DNA of 64,000 bases. Origin: Acholeplasmataceae bacterium (GTDB lineage Bacteria > Bacillota_I > Bacilli_A > Acholeplasmatales > Acholeplasmataceae). Location of the stretch: NCBI GenBank assembly GCA_963675245.1, contig OY775910.1:864001-928000 (forward strand). The letters are read 5' to 3'. The notes below the pieces were generated by a model. It made no database searches. It saw only the letters and a list, made by a program, of their open reading frames with translations, and had not been told where the DNA came from. The position numbers were made by a program, and so were the translations under genes. Positions 19,349 to 29,032 of this stretch are shown here, piece after piece (position 1 is the first letter of the stretch; each line of letters opens with the position of its first letter).

Positions 19349-21535
19349 ATGACAAAAAGAGTGATCATCATCCTATTGATGGGTTTATTATTGACGCTAA
19401 GTGCGTGTCAAGTGGATCCACCAATTGAAGACCAATATTATACTGTCACGTTTGTTACTAACAATCAAGATGTTCTTTTACCACTTAGTGTAAAAGAAGG
19501 ATTGTCAGTTAATGAACCAAATGTACAAAAAGAAGGCTATCAATTGATAGGTTGGTTCAATGACGCTCAATTTACAGATGCATGGGAATTTGAAATAGAT
19601 ACTGTAAATGAAGATACTGTGTTATATGCGAAATGGGAAATAATTGTAGTGATAGATACTTTGACAACAGAGGAAATGCTAGTGAAACTAAACAACTCAA
19701 TTTACCAAGAAGAAATGAATGTGGATGAACAAAGTGGACTTTCAGACCCTAGTTTGGTTGGTGTCAATCAAACCCAATTAGAAAATGAAATAAGATATCC
19801 ATTGCCAAATTTAAATGACTTTGTTGAAGTGTTTTATGTATCAGACTACGGTCTTTCACCTGAAAATGAAGATAATACAAACGCATTTAGAGCGATGTTA
19901 AGCGATGTAGAAACTGTTCAAGGATTAAAATTAATTCAATTTGAATCAGGTATATATAAATTTGGTGAAACCATTGAGTTTTTAAATATTTCAGATTTGT
20001 ATATCGCAGGCAATGATACCGAATGGTTAATGCGTTCATGGCAAACAATTATGAAAGTAACATCAAGTGAAAACTTTCATATAAACGACATGAATTTCGA
20101 TTATGAAATCAGCCCCACTATTTCTGGAACAGTGGCTAGTGTTGATACAGAGCTTAGTCAAGTATCCGTATTAGTTAACGAAGAATTTGATATGTCCAAT
20201 TTTAGATATAACAACGGAAAAGTAAATTATGGCAATTATATGGAGTATGTCTATGATACATTCTCAGATGCATATATTCCCGATGCGAATGGTATGTTGA
20301 GATATAACTCAACAGGAGACAATATCAAAGGTATCAAAAATAGTTTTTATAATCCTGAAAGTAATCTCTTAACACTTGAATTCGATCCAATTCAAGGTGC
20401 GTTTAAATCACCGGAAATTGGCAAGGTGGTTTCAGTTGGTTTTACAATGTATGAATATACGGGATTTCTAGTAAAAGATTCAAAAAACGTTTATATGGAG
20501 ACAGTAAATATATATACGACACCAGGTATGGCATTTACTGGTCATTCAGATGAGAATTTATACTTTAATCGAATGAATATTATGCTAAAGGCTGATTCTT
20601 CAAGATTGATGACAGCAACAGCTGATGGTATTCACACAGCGGATACTATCGGAGAAATCATTATTTCTAACTCAATATTAGAAGCTTCACATGACGATTC
20701 TGTTAATATTAAAACTTTTTATTTTAAAGTGGATTCCGTTTTAAGAAATAAACTAACGGTTAATATGACAACGACTGAGGTAAGAATACCTATAAATGTT
20801 GGTGATCAACTTGAGTTTTTCGAAGATAATTCATTTGTATCTAAAGCAGTTAGAACAGTGATAGCAGTAGAATCGTATGGAACGACATACGAGATTACAT
20901 TAGATGAAAACTTGAGTACAGGATTAGTAGTTCAAGGTGATTTAGTTGGCAATTTATCCAGAGTAGCTAAAGTTACCATTGAAAATTCTATTTTTAGAAA
21001 TAAAAGAAATCGAGGCATCTTAGTTCAAGTAAGAGACTCAAAGATCATCAACTCATCTTTTTATAATATCATTCACGGACCTATTATGATGCATGCAGCA
21101 TTTGATGTGTTTGCAGAAGCGATTGTTCCTAAAAATGTTGTTATTGAGAATAATAAATTCTTTAATAATAATCAGTCACATGGCTTAAGTGGAGACATAT
21201 CCGTCTTTAGACATGGAGGAGACATTGTTAGAAGCACTATAACCGATATCGTGATCAATAACAATTATTTCTACCAAAGTAGTTATAATTCAATCTATTT
21301 ATTAGGTACGGGTCGAATTTCAATTACTGATAATGTATTCCATGATGTTTCAATAAAATCTTCTGGTGAAAATTCAGCTAATAGTGCCATAAATATAAAT
21401 ATAGTTTCGGATACATTAATATCCGGTAATCTCACATATATGATACAAGTGAAATCTGATTTCGTCTTTGTCTATGCAAATGATGATATCGATACAGTTT
21501 ATAACAATAATACAAACCACAATATCAATGAGTAG
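19349..21535 (+). CDS. Lipoprotein: InlB B-repeat plus right-handed beta-helix, GH110-like glycosidase
   Basis: Lipobox LSAC; repeat ending LYAKW; RLMTATADGIH...HDDSVN and RNRGILV motifs resembling GH110. Confidence 0.7.
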   Translation: MTKRVIIILLMGLLLTLSACQVDPPIEDQYYTVTFVTNNQDVLLPLSVKEGLSVNEPNVQKEGYQLIGWFNDAQFTDAWEFEIDTVNEDTVLYAKWEIIVVIDTLTTEEMLVKLNNSIYQEEMNVDEQSGLSDPSLVGVNQTQLENEIRYPLPNLNDFVEVFYVSDYGLSPENEDNTNAFRAMLSDVETVQGLKLIQFESGIYKFGETIEFLNISDLYIAGNDTEWLMRSWQTIMKVTSSENFHINDMNFDYEISPTISGTVASVDTELSQVSVLVNEEFDMSNFRYNNGKVNYGNYMEYVYDTFSDAYIPDANGMLRYNSTGDNIKGIKNSFYNPESNLLTLEFDPIQGAFKSPEIGKVVSVGFTMYEYTGFLVKDSKNVYMETVNIYTTPGMAFTGHSDENLYFNRMNIMLKADSSRLMTATADGIHTADTIGEIIISNSILEASHDDSVNIKTFYFKVDSVLRNKLTVNMTTTEVRIPINVGDQLEFFEDNSFVSKAVRTVIAVESYGTTYEITLDENLSTGLVVQGDLVGNLSRVAKVTIENSIFRNKRNRGILVQVRDSKIINSSFYNIIHGPIMMHAAFDVFAEAIVPKNVVIENNKFFNNNQSHGLSGDISVFRHGGDIVRSTITDIVINNNYFYQSSYNSIYLLGTGRISITDNVFHDVSIKSSGENSANSAININIVSDTLISGNLTYMIQVKSDFVFVYANDDIDTVYNNNTNHNINE

Positions 21536-21544
21536 GTGAATAAA

Positions 21545-24478
21545 ATGAAAAAAATTATAGCGATATTATTAACTTTAAGCACGATATTTTTACTCGTAGC
21601 TTGTCAAGAAGAAATCGTTCAATACCAGGTTGATTTTGCTACAAATGGCGGTTCCGAGGTTGTTTCAGTGACCGTGAATGAGCAAAGTAAAATTAACAAA
21701 CCAACGACACTTAGAGATGGATACAAATTTATGGGATGGTATTTAGATAGTAATTTTACAACTGCTTGGGATTTTGATGTTGATGTTGTGAATGAAAACA
21801 TAACATTGTATGCAAAATGGGAAGAAATCATTGATCCTCAAATGTCAATTACTGATTATGTTGATGAACTGTTATCTTCTGCATACACAAACGAGGCACT
21901 TACCACTTTCTATGGTTTAAATGCACCAAACAATGTCGGTGTTAATGAAGATGAAGTCGGTGAATTATATGAAGAAATTGATGATAGCAATTATGAATCA
22001 AATGCAATATTTGATTTTGAAGCTATCAAAACCGAACAATCTTTAAATGACACAGACGCGTGGGATGAAGTACTTGCTCAAGCGAGTGCAGTGAATAGTT
22101 CTTTAAATATTCCAGTAAAAATTAAATTACCAAATAGAACAATTCAAATTATGGCATCAGAATCTACAACTGCTATGGATAACTATTCAATATCAATATA
22201 TGGATTCAATGGATTACATATGATTGGTGGAGAAGATACTGTACTTATGATTGAAACACCGACTGTTTGGAGGGGTGGCTTGAAAATTGAACAATCTACG
22301 GATGTTCAAATTAATCATGTCATGATTGATTATAAATATGCACCAACTTTGACTGGAATTATCAAAAGCTATGATGCTGAAGCTTTAACAATAACAATGG
22401 ATATTCCAGCATCCATGCATGAAGCAGTTCAGCATTTTAAGAATACACCAGATTTAGTTTCATCACTATATTCATTCGTTGAATATAACATGTTTACAAA
22501 TGGACCAAAAGAAGGTGGAAATGTATTGATATATTCTCAAGGTGTATTTGAGAATGTAGAAATTATTGATAATCAAAGTGAATCATTAGATCAAGTCATT
22601 GTTACATTTACAGAAGGATATGCTGATTCATTCAAGGTTCCTAGAATAAATGACCGTGTGGCTTTAGGATTCGCAATGTATGGGAATAATGGTATCACTA
22701 TTGGTAATTCAGAGGATATCATTCTTGAAAATGTGGGTATATACACAGCACCTGGTATGGGATTAACGGCAAGTTATGTAAATAACTTGTATATTAATCA
22801 ATTTAAATTAGTGTTAAAAGATGATCGTTTAATGACAGCTACAGCTGATGGTATACATATCGTCAATTCAACGGGACGTGTTGAAATAACAAATAGTATT
22901 ATTGAAAACACACATGATGATGCCTTAAATATTAAGAGTGGTTATTACTACTCGTTATCAAATGTTGATGCAGTGAATCGTGTCATAACCTTAGCAATGA
23001 AAACATCAGCTATACCGTTGCCTAAAGTTGGAGACATTATTCAAATATATGGATATACAGATTTTGATTTAAGAGCTTCACTAACAGTTGTTGAGGTATC
23101 AGGAACATCTAATCTCATGGAAATTAAAGTTGCAGAACGTCTTCCAGGAACCACAGATTGGACAAATGCTGTCGCAACAAACATATCTTTTTCAGCAGAG
23201 TTATTATTTAAGAATAATATCGTGAGAAATAAAAGAAATCGTGGCATATTAGTTCAAGTAAGAGATGCTGTGATTGAAAATAATACATTTGAAAATATTG
23301 GACATGGCTCCATTCAAGTGGCTTCATCTTTAGATATATATAACGAAGCCACAATGCCAGATAATATTTTAATTCAGAACAATAAATTTATTAATAATGG
23401 GTATTTGCTTAATGAAGCGTTAAGAGGCGATGTATCAGTGTTCGCGATTGCCGAAGGAGGTAATGTTGCACCTTCGGGTACGATTTCAAATGTGACAATA
23501 ACGAATAACTTCATCGCTAACACCGCTAACACAGGCATATCTTTAAGAGGTGTAGGTGGAGATTCAGTGGTTGTGTCTAATAATCTTTTATACAATACAG
23601 CGAGAGTCTATAGCTCTAACTTAACTGAAGCAGCCATTGAACTCGTCAATGTACAAGATATTTCAATCGTGAATAATTATAATTATTACACATTGAGTTC
23701 ACTGACTTATTCAGGTATTATTCCAGCGGGATTAACAAAAACAGATTCGATTGCATTAGAAGGTAACACGAATCTAAACTATCAAATTGCAGATGGTGAA
23801 GTTCTAACTTATACAGTGAGTCAGATTTCAGACGAAGTAATTACAATTGATGGAAATATTAGTGACTGGGTTGATCTTGGAACAGATATTGTTATAGATG
23901 GATCATCATTAGCAACTGGTGATGAAATATCACCTTCAGTGTATGAAAATGTCTTTCATATAAACACTGCAAAAATTGCATATAGCGATACAGGAATTTA
24001 TTTTGGATTTGATATCTTTGATGATACGTTAAACTTTAAAACAATTAATGATTTCTGGACAGGTGATGTTGTTGAAATATTCCTATCAACATATCTTGAA
24101 AGTCCTAATGCAGACTTCATGTTATATAAAGAAGAAGGTGATGTGTTCCAGTTAGCACTAGCGCAGACATGGGCATCACAATACTGGTTCGCTCAAAGTA
24201 GAACAAGCACGAGTATTATGGGTGAAAAAGAACTTGTTGATGTTGCAGTTGTTGAAACTGTAGACGGATGGGCAGGCGAAGTATTTATTCCATTCACACT
24301 TTTACCGAACGTAGAAACAATGATTGATGAAGGAGAAGGCATCGCACTAGCAATCGTGTTCGCAGACGCAGAACGTTTAGATATAAACAGGACACGTGTT
24401 CAAGTGGGAAATGTACCACATTTTGTTGAAGCGTTTAAGACAAAAACAGCTAGAATACCTCTCTATATTTTCGATTAA
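21545..24478 (+). CDS. Lipoprotein: InlB B-repeat, GH110-like beta-helix and C-terminal CBM9/DOMON-like domain
   Basis: Lipobox LVAC; ADGIH...HDDALN; C-terminal IDGNISDW, DVVEIFL and EVFIPF. RBS AGGTGA favours ATG 21545. Confidence 0.7.
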   Translation: MKKIIAILLTLSTIFLLVACQEEIVQYQVDFATNGGSEVVSVTVNEQSKINKPTTLRDGYKFMGWYLDSNFTTAWDFDVDVVNENITLYAKWEEIIDPQMSITDYVDELLSSAYTNEALTTFYGLNAPNNVGVNEDEVGELYEEIDDSNYESNAIFDFEAIKTEQSLNDTDAWDEVLAQASAVNSSLNIPVKIKLPNRTIQIMASESTTAMDNYSISIYGFNGLHMIGGEDTVLMIETPTVWRGGLKIEQSTDVQINHVMIDYKYAPTLTGIIKSYDAEALTITMDIPASMHEAVQHFKNTPDLVSSLYSFVEYNMFTNGPKEGGNVLIYSQGVFENVEIIDNQSESLDQVIVTFTEGYADSFKVPRINDRVALGFAMYGNNGITIGNSEDIILENVGIYTAPGMGLTASYVNNLYINQFKLVLKDDRLMTATADGIHIVNSTGRVEITNSIIENTHDDALNIKSGYYYSLSNVDAVNRVITLAMKTSAIPLPKVGDIIQIYGYTDFDLRASLTVVEVSGTSNLMEIKVAERLPGTTDWTNAVATNISFSAELLFKNNIVRNKRNRGILVQVRDAVIENNTFENIGHGSIQVASSLDIYNEATMPDNILIQNNKFINNGYLLNEALRGDVSVFAIAEGGNVAPSGTISNVTITNNFIANTANTGISLRGVGGDSVVVSNNLLYNTARVYSSNLTEAAIELVNVQDISIVNNYNYYTLSSLTYSGIIPAGLTKTDSIALEGNTNLNYQIADGEVLTYTVSQISDEVITIDGNISDWVDLGTDIVIDGSSLATGDEISPSVYENVFHINTAKIAYSDTGIYFGFDIFDDTLNFKTINDFWTGDVVEIFLSTYLESPNADFMLYKEEGDVFQLALAQTWASQYWFAQSRTSTSIMGEKELVDVAVVETVDGWAGEVFIPFTLLPNVETMIDEGEGIALAIVFADAERLDINRTRVQVGNVPHFVEAFKTKTARIPLYIFD

Positions 24479-24562
24479 TAAAAAAGGTAAAAAAGACATA
24501 ATTATGTCTATATTAAATAAGGGAGTTTCATATAGTAAAAAACTATATGGGAAAGGAAAAAA

Positions 24563-27436
24563 ATGAGAAAATACATTTATGGATTTGTTTTAATGGCTAT
24601 GATGGTATTAGGACTAGCTGCATGTACACCTGCAGAAGAACTTGCACCAGTACTCACCATCACAAGCGAACAGGAAGTTGTCATTGGCGTAGATGATAGT
24701 TACACACTAGTTTATACAGTTGATGAAAATACACAATCAGTTACTGTAACAGTATCAGAAGTCGATGGCGGAACTTCAGGTGTTTATAATGAAAGCACAA
24801 AAGTGTTTACTGCTTCTGAAGGTGGCGTTTATACATTGACAGTAGTAGCAACCAATATTGAAAAAACAGCAACTGATTCAGTTACTATAACAGTCAATGA
24901 TGAACTTCCAGTGATTTCATTTGAAGAAGGCGCATTAGATGAGTATGAGGTGAACCAAGGTGAAAACTTGACACTTCCAAGTGCGACTGCTAAAGATGCT
25001 TTAGATGTTGATTTAACTATTACTGTTACAGTTGATAGTGATGATGCGTCTGTAACACTTGTTGAAGGTTCATATATATTTACGTCTAACGTTGCAGGAG
25101 ACTATGTTGTTTCTTATAGTGCTGATGATGCCTATAATCAAAATGTGACTGAAACGATAGATATATTTGTAGCACCAACATCTGATCCAGTGATTTCATA
25201 TCAGGATGGCAAACTTGATGTGTATGAAACTTCAGTGGGAACTGAATTAACATTACCAAGTGCAACTGCACTTGATGGTGTAGGGGCTGATGTAGCACTT
25301 GAAGTGTATCCAACCCAACAACGTGGTGTGACATTCGAACAAAATGAAGATGATACATTTAGTTTTATTGCTGATGTCGCAGGCACGCATGTCATATCAT
25401 ATTATGCAGAAGATCAATATGGTAATTATGTCGAAGAGTTTATTGAAGTTGAAGTTTCTCCAGCAACTGCAGAAACTGAACTGACAAACGATGCAAGTCA
25501 TATTGAAAATCTTGCGACGTCTGGATTACTCTATCAAGAAAATTTCTCTGATGGATATAATAGTGATTTAGCAAAAGGTTTGGTTTGGGATGGCATTGTT
25601 AAACTTTATATTGATGGTGGCGCAAACGCGATCAGTGGAAACTCACTTATCTTTGATTATTCTGATGCAACAGCAACAACAAACACACAAATTTTCTTTG
25701 GTGCATTAGACAGCTATATTCAATCTGGCAGATGGGAAATATCATTTGATGTTAAGATTATTGAAGGTAACGCACCAAATTTCTATGTATCATTTATTTT
25801 TGAAGGTGATAATAGTGGTGATAATTTAGCTTATGCATTAACACCAGGTGAAACGACACATATCTCATATAATTATATAAAATCATTCGATAGTACTAAG
25901 ACATGGTATTTAAGATTATTTACATATACTGGAGATACAAGCTTTGATTATGATGGATTAAAACTTGCACTTGATAATTTTGAATTAAAGTGGACTGAAG
26001 TAGTAGATCCTACTGTTCAAAGAACTGGCACACCAGTTGCGTTAACACAAGAAATGTTAGATGGTGAAGGTTATACATTAACAGGTACTGAAGAAAACTT
26101 CACATCATTAAGCGGTAGTGGAGTTCCAACTTGGGTTAATATCAATCAACTTGTTGAAGGTGATATTTTAACTCCAGAACAAGCAGCGTTATTAACATCA
26201 GAAAATGGCTTTAATAGTGATTATGCTATTCGAGCATCGACACAACAAGTTTATTTAGACTCATTAAGAGGATTATTAACAGATCCTGACTACATTTATA
26301 CAGTCACATATAAAGTATATTCACCAACAACAGATAGCTGGTATTTCTGGATTGCAAAAGAAGATACATCTCAAGCGTTTGCTCAAGGTATGCCAGGAGA
26401 AGCGGGTCTTAAAGAATTCACACATTCTTTATTCGGAGACCCACAGTATTATCATGTTGGATTATATTCAGGTGGTATTCAAGAATTATTGATTGGTGAT
26501 ATAACAATTTCTAGAGAATTATATGTACCATCTACTACGACACCTAATGGCAATGAAATTGGCGATACATGGCAAGAAACCTCATTCTTACAAGAAGTCG
26601 TTGCAGCATCTTCAGTAGATATCGGTGATGGCGTATTATTAAATACTGTATCTGGTTTTGAAGGTGATGTTATGGCATTAGTTGATTCATCAGATACAAC
26701 AGATAAAAATGTTGTCGCATTTAATGGATCTACTATATTTGAAACAGTCGGCACTTATACGGTTACATTAAATCTATATGTGGTTAGTTTATCAGGCGGA
26801 CCACTTATGGTTAATCTTGACAATCAAGTCTTTGACGCATTAACGATTGATGGTACTGGTGCTATACAAGTAGAATACGAAATAACGGGTAGAACAGTTA
26901 ATTTCTTCTCCTTATATACACAAGGAGGTACTTTGGCAGAAGTCTATTTATCAGCAGTTAATATTGAATTATCAAGTATTCCTGTCACAACACCTAATGG
27001 CAATGAAATTGGCGATACATGGCAAGAAACCTCATTCTTACAAGAAGTCGTTGCAGCATCTTCAGTAGATATCGGTGATGGCGTATTATTAAATACTGTA
27101 TCTGGTTTTGAAGGTGATGTTATGGCATTAGTTGATTCATCAGATACAACAGATAAAAATGTTGTCGCATTTAATGGATCTACTATATTTGAAACAGTCG
27201 GCACTTATACGGTTACATTAAATCTATATGTGGTTAGTTTATCAGGCGGACCACTTATGGTTAATCTTGACAATCAAGTCTTTGACGCATTAACGATTGA
27301 TGGTACTGGTGCTATACAAGTAGAATACGAAATAACGGGTAGAACAGTTAATTTCTTCTCCTTATATACACAAGGAGGTACTTTGGCAGAAGTCTATTTA
27401 TCAGCAGTTGATGTTGAATTAACAGCAATAAATTAA
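24563..27436 (+). CDS. Large acidic surface lipoprotein with Ig-like repeats and a duplicated C-terminal beta-sandwich domain (putative glycan-binding)
   Basis: Lipobox LAAC; repeated PVIS...LTLPSATA.D Ig-like modules; 150-aa C-terminal tandem duplication. Confidence 0.65.
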   Translation: MRKYIYGFVLMAMMVLGLAACTPAEELAPVLTITSEQEVVIGVDDSYTLVYTVDENTQSVTVTVSEVDGGTSGVYNESTKVFTASEGGVYTLTVVATNIEKTATDSVTITVNDELPVISFEEGALDEYEVNQGENLTLPSATAKDALDVDLTITVTVDSDDASVTLVEGSYIFTSNVAGDYVVSYSADDAYNQNVTETIDIFVAPTSDPVISYQDGKLDVYETSVGTELTLPSATALDGVGADVALEVYPTQQRGVTFEQNEDDTFSFIADVAGTHVISYYAEDQYGNYVEEFIEVEVSPATAETELTNDASHIENLATSGLLYQENFSDGYNSDLAKGLVWDGIVKLYIDGGANAISGNSLIFDYSDATATTNTQIFFGALDSYIQSGRWEISFDVKIIEGNAPNFYVSFIFEGDNSGDNLAYALTPGETTHISYNYIKSFDSTKTWYLRLFTYTGDTSFDYDGLKLALDNFELKWTEVVDPTVQRTGTPVALTQEMLDGEGYTLTGTEENFTSLSGSGVPTWVNINQLVEGDILTPEQAALLTSENGFNSDYAIRASTQQVYLDSLRGLLTDPDYIYTVTYKVYSPTTDSWYFWIAKEDTSQAFAQGMPGEAGLKEFTHSLFGDPQYYHVGLYSGGIQELLIGDITISRELYVPSTTTPNGNEIGDTWQETSFLQEVVAASSVDIGDGVLLNTVSGFEGDVMALVDSSDTTDKNVVAFNGSTIFETVGTYTVTLNLYVVSLSGGPLMVNLDNQVFDALTIDGTGAIQVEYEITGRTVNFFSLYTQGGTLAEVYLSAVNIELSSIPVTTPNGNEIGDTWQETSFLQEVVAASSVDIGDGVLLNTVSGFEGDVMALVDSSDTTDKNVVAFNGSTIFETVGTYTVTLNLYVVSLSGGPLMVNLDNQVFDALTIDGTGAIQVEYEITGRTVNFFSLYTQGGTLAEVYLSAVDVELTAIN
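26540..27409 (+). repeat. Tandem intragenic duplication: two identical 420-bp copies (26540-26959 and 26990-27409), period 450 bp
   Basis: Line-by-line comparison shows no mismatch from acacctaatggc to tcagcagtt. Confidence 0.95.
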
Positions 27437-27445
27437 TCATGTATG

Positions 27446-27490
27446 GGTATCCCATAACAGGAGATGCTATGGGATACCTTTCATCTTTTT
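27446..27490 (+). terminator. Stem-loop after the lipoprotein gene (leaky terminator or mRNA-stabilising hairpin)
   Basis: GGTATCCCATA...TATGGGATACC followed by an interrupted T-tract. Confidence 0.55.
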
Positions 27491-27502
27491 AGAGGTAATC
27501 TT

Positions 27503-28990
27503 TTGACTATATTTGGAGAATTAAAAAGAAGAATAAAACTGAATAAAAATAGACTAAAAGATCCCACATATTGTGCGCCACTCATATTTGATCAAAATCA
27601 TGAATGGCCTGGTGATTGGCAAGGGAGAGCTATTTTAGCATTGGCTAATCATTATGCTGTCTCAACAAATTATGATGACAAAATATCAATTAAAAATCAA
27701 CTAGATGATATCATAACACAATTAAAAAACCATTTGAATAAAGATGGTTATTTTGGACCTTTATTAGACTTGAATCGAATTAACGAACAGCAAATTGCTG
27801 GAAACAGTTGGTTCTTAAGAGGACTTTGCGAATATCAAATTCTCTTTAGGGATCAGTATTCAAAGAGATTGATTCATCAAATTGTTGATCACTATTTATT
27901 AAAACTTGTTGATGCATATCAAACATATCCTAATATCAAAAGAGAAGATGGTGGTGTCGGAGGTCATTTATTGAAAATGACATATAATCACTGGCAGCTA
28001 TCCTCAGATGTAGGTTGTGCTTTTATAATGTTGGATGGTGTTTCACAAGTATATGAAATTACACGCGATCATCGATTAGTGCAATTAATCAATGTGATGA
28101 TTAAAAATTTCATGACATTGGATTTATTAGCGTCAAACTGTCAAACCCATGCAACTTTATCTGCTACCCGTGGCATGATGCGTTATTATAGACTCACAAA
28201 AAATGAGAGTATTCTTTCCCGTGTCATTAAAGTGTTTACATTATATGTTAATGAAGGCATGACGATTAATTACGCAAACATTAATTGGTTTGGTAAATCT
28301 TCATGGACCGAACCTTGTGCTGTCGTAGATAGTTTTATTTTAGCAAAGCAGTTATATGAAGTAACAAATAAGTACGATTATTTAGAACTCATGAATCGTA
28401 TTTATTATAATGCAATTTTAGTGGGTCAAAGAAGTAATGGTGGTGCTGGATGTGAAACATGTCTTTTATCGCATGATGATGAGTTTAAGATTCATACTTA
28501 TGAGGCTTATTTCTGTTGTAGCATGCGTCTAGCGGAAGGTTTAAGAGAAGTAGCTGATAGTATCATGATTGCAAACGCTAATGGTGTTACGTTAGCCATT
28601 ATGAATTCCATTAAGAAGTATCAAATATATCGTCATAACATCGAAATTTATGTCAACTTTAAAAAAGGTACGATATCAACACTTAATATTCGCATTAATA
28701 ATCCTCAACACATTGAAGGTGAGTTAGGCATCTATCTTCCAAAAGGAACGATGGTAGTATCTGCATCATCCGTATTATCTAAAGATGATTTAATACACAT
28801 CCCATTTACAACGACACACTTTGTACTGAACTTCAAGTATGTTTCAAGAATAGAGACAATTAAAAGCGTGAATGTTCAAATGCTTGGTGATTATATTTTG
28901 ATGACATCACAGAGTCACAAGCATTCTCATATGACAGATTATACACAACTCAGCGAGGAACAAGCACTTAAGGATATTCAAAAGCTATAA
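27503..28990 (+). CDS. GH127/GH146-like (beta-L-arabinofuranosidase family) glycosidase
   Basis: HATLS, TEPC and YFCC match the Glu/Cys3 Zn site of the family. RBS GAGGT favours TTG 27503. Confidence 0.7.
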   Translation: MTIFGELKRRIKLNKNRLKDPTYCAPLIFDQNHEWPGDWQGRAILALANHYAVSTNYDDKISIKNQLDDIITQLKNHLNKDGYFGPLLDLNRINEQQIAGNSWFLRGLCEYQILFRDQYSKRLIHQIVDHYLLKLVDAYQTYPNIKREDGGVGGHLLKMTYNHWQLSSDVGCAFIMLDGVSQVYEITRDHRLVQLINVMIKNFMTLDLLASNCQTHATLSATRGMMRYYRLTKNESILSRVIKVFTLYVNEGMTINYANINWFGKSSWTEPCAVVDSFILAKQLYEVTNKYDYLELMNRIYYNAILVGQRSNGGAGCETCLLSHDDEFKIHTYEAYFCCSMRLAEGLREVADSIMIANANGVTLAIMNSIKKYQIYRHNIEIYVNFKKGTISTLNIRINNPQHIEGELGIYLPKGTMVVSASSVLSKDDLIHIPFTTTHFVLNFKYVSRIETIKSVNVQMLGDYILMTSQSHKHSHMTDYTQLSEEQALKDIQKL

Positions 28991-29020
28991 AAAAGACAGT
29001 TTCATAGACTGTCTTTTTTT
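28989..29020. terminator. Bidirectional intrinsic terminator
   Basis: AAAAAAGACAGT-ttcatag-ACTGTCTTTTTT between convergent genes. Confidence 0.85.
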
Positions 29021-29032
29021 ATTTCATCAACA

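Noticed and set aside
26540..27436. Repeat pair as a diversity-generating retroelement TR/VR
   Set aside because: The copies are identical over 420 bp, both are in frame within one ORF, there is no adenine-specific mismatch pattern and no reverse transcriptase in the window.
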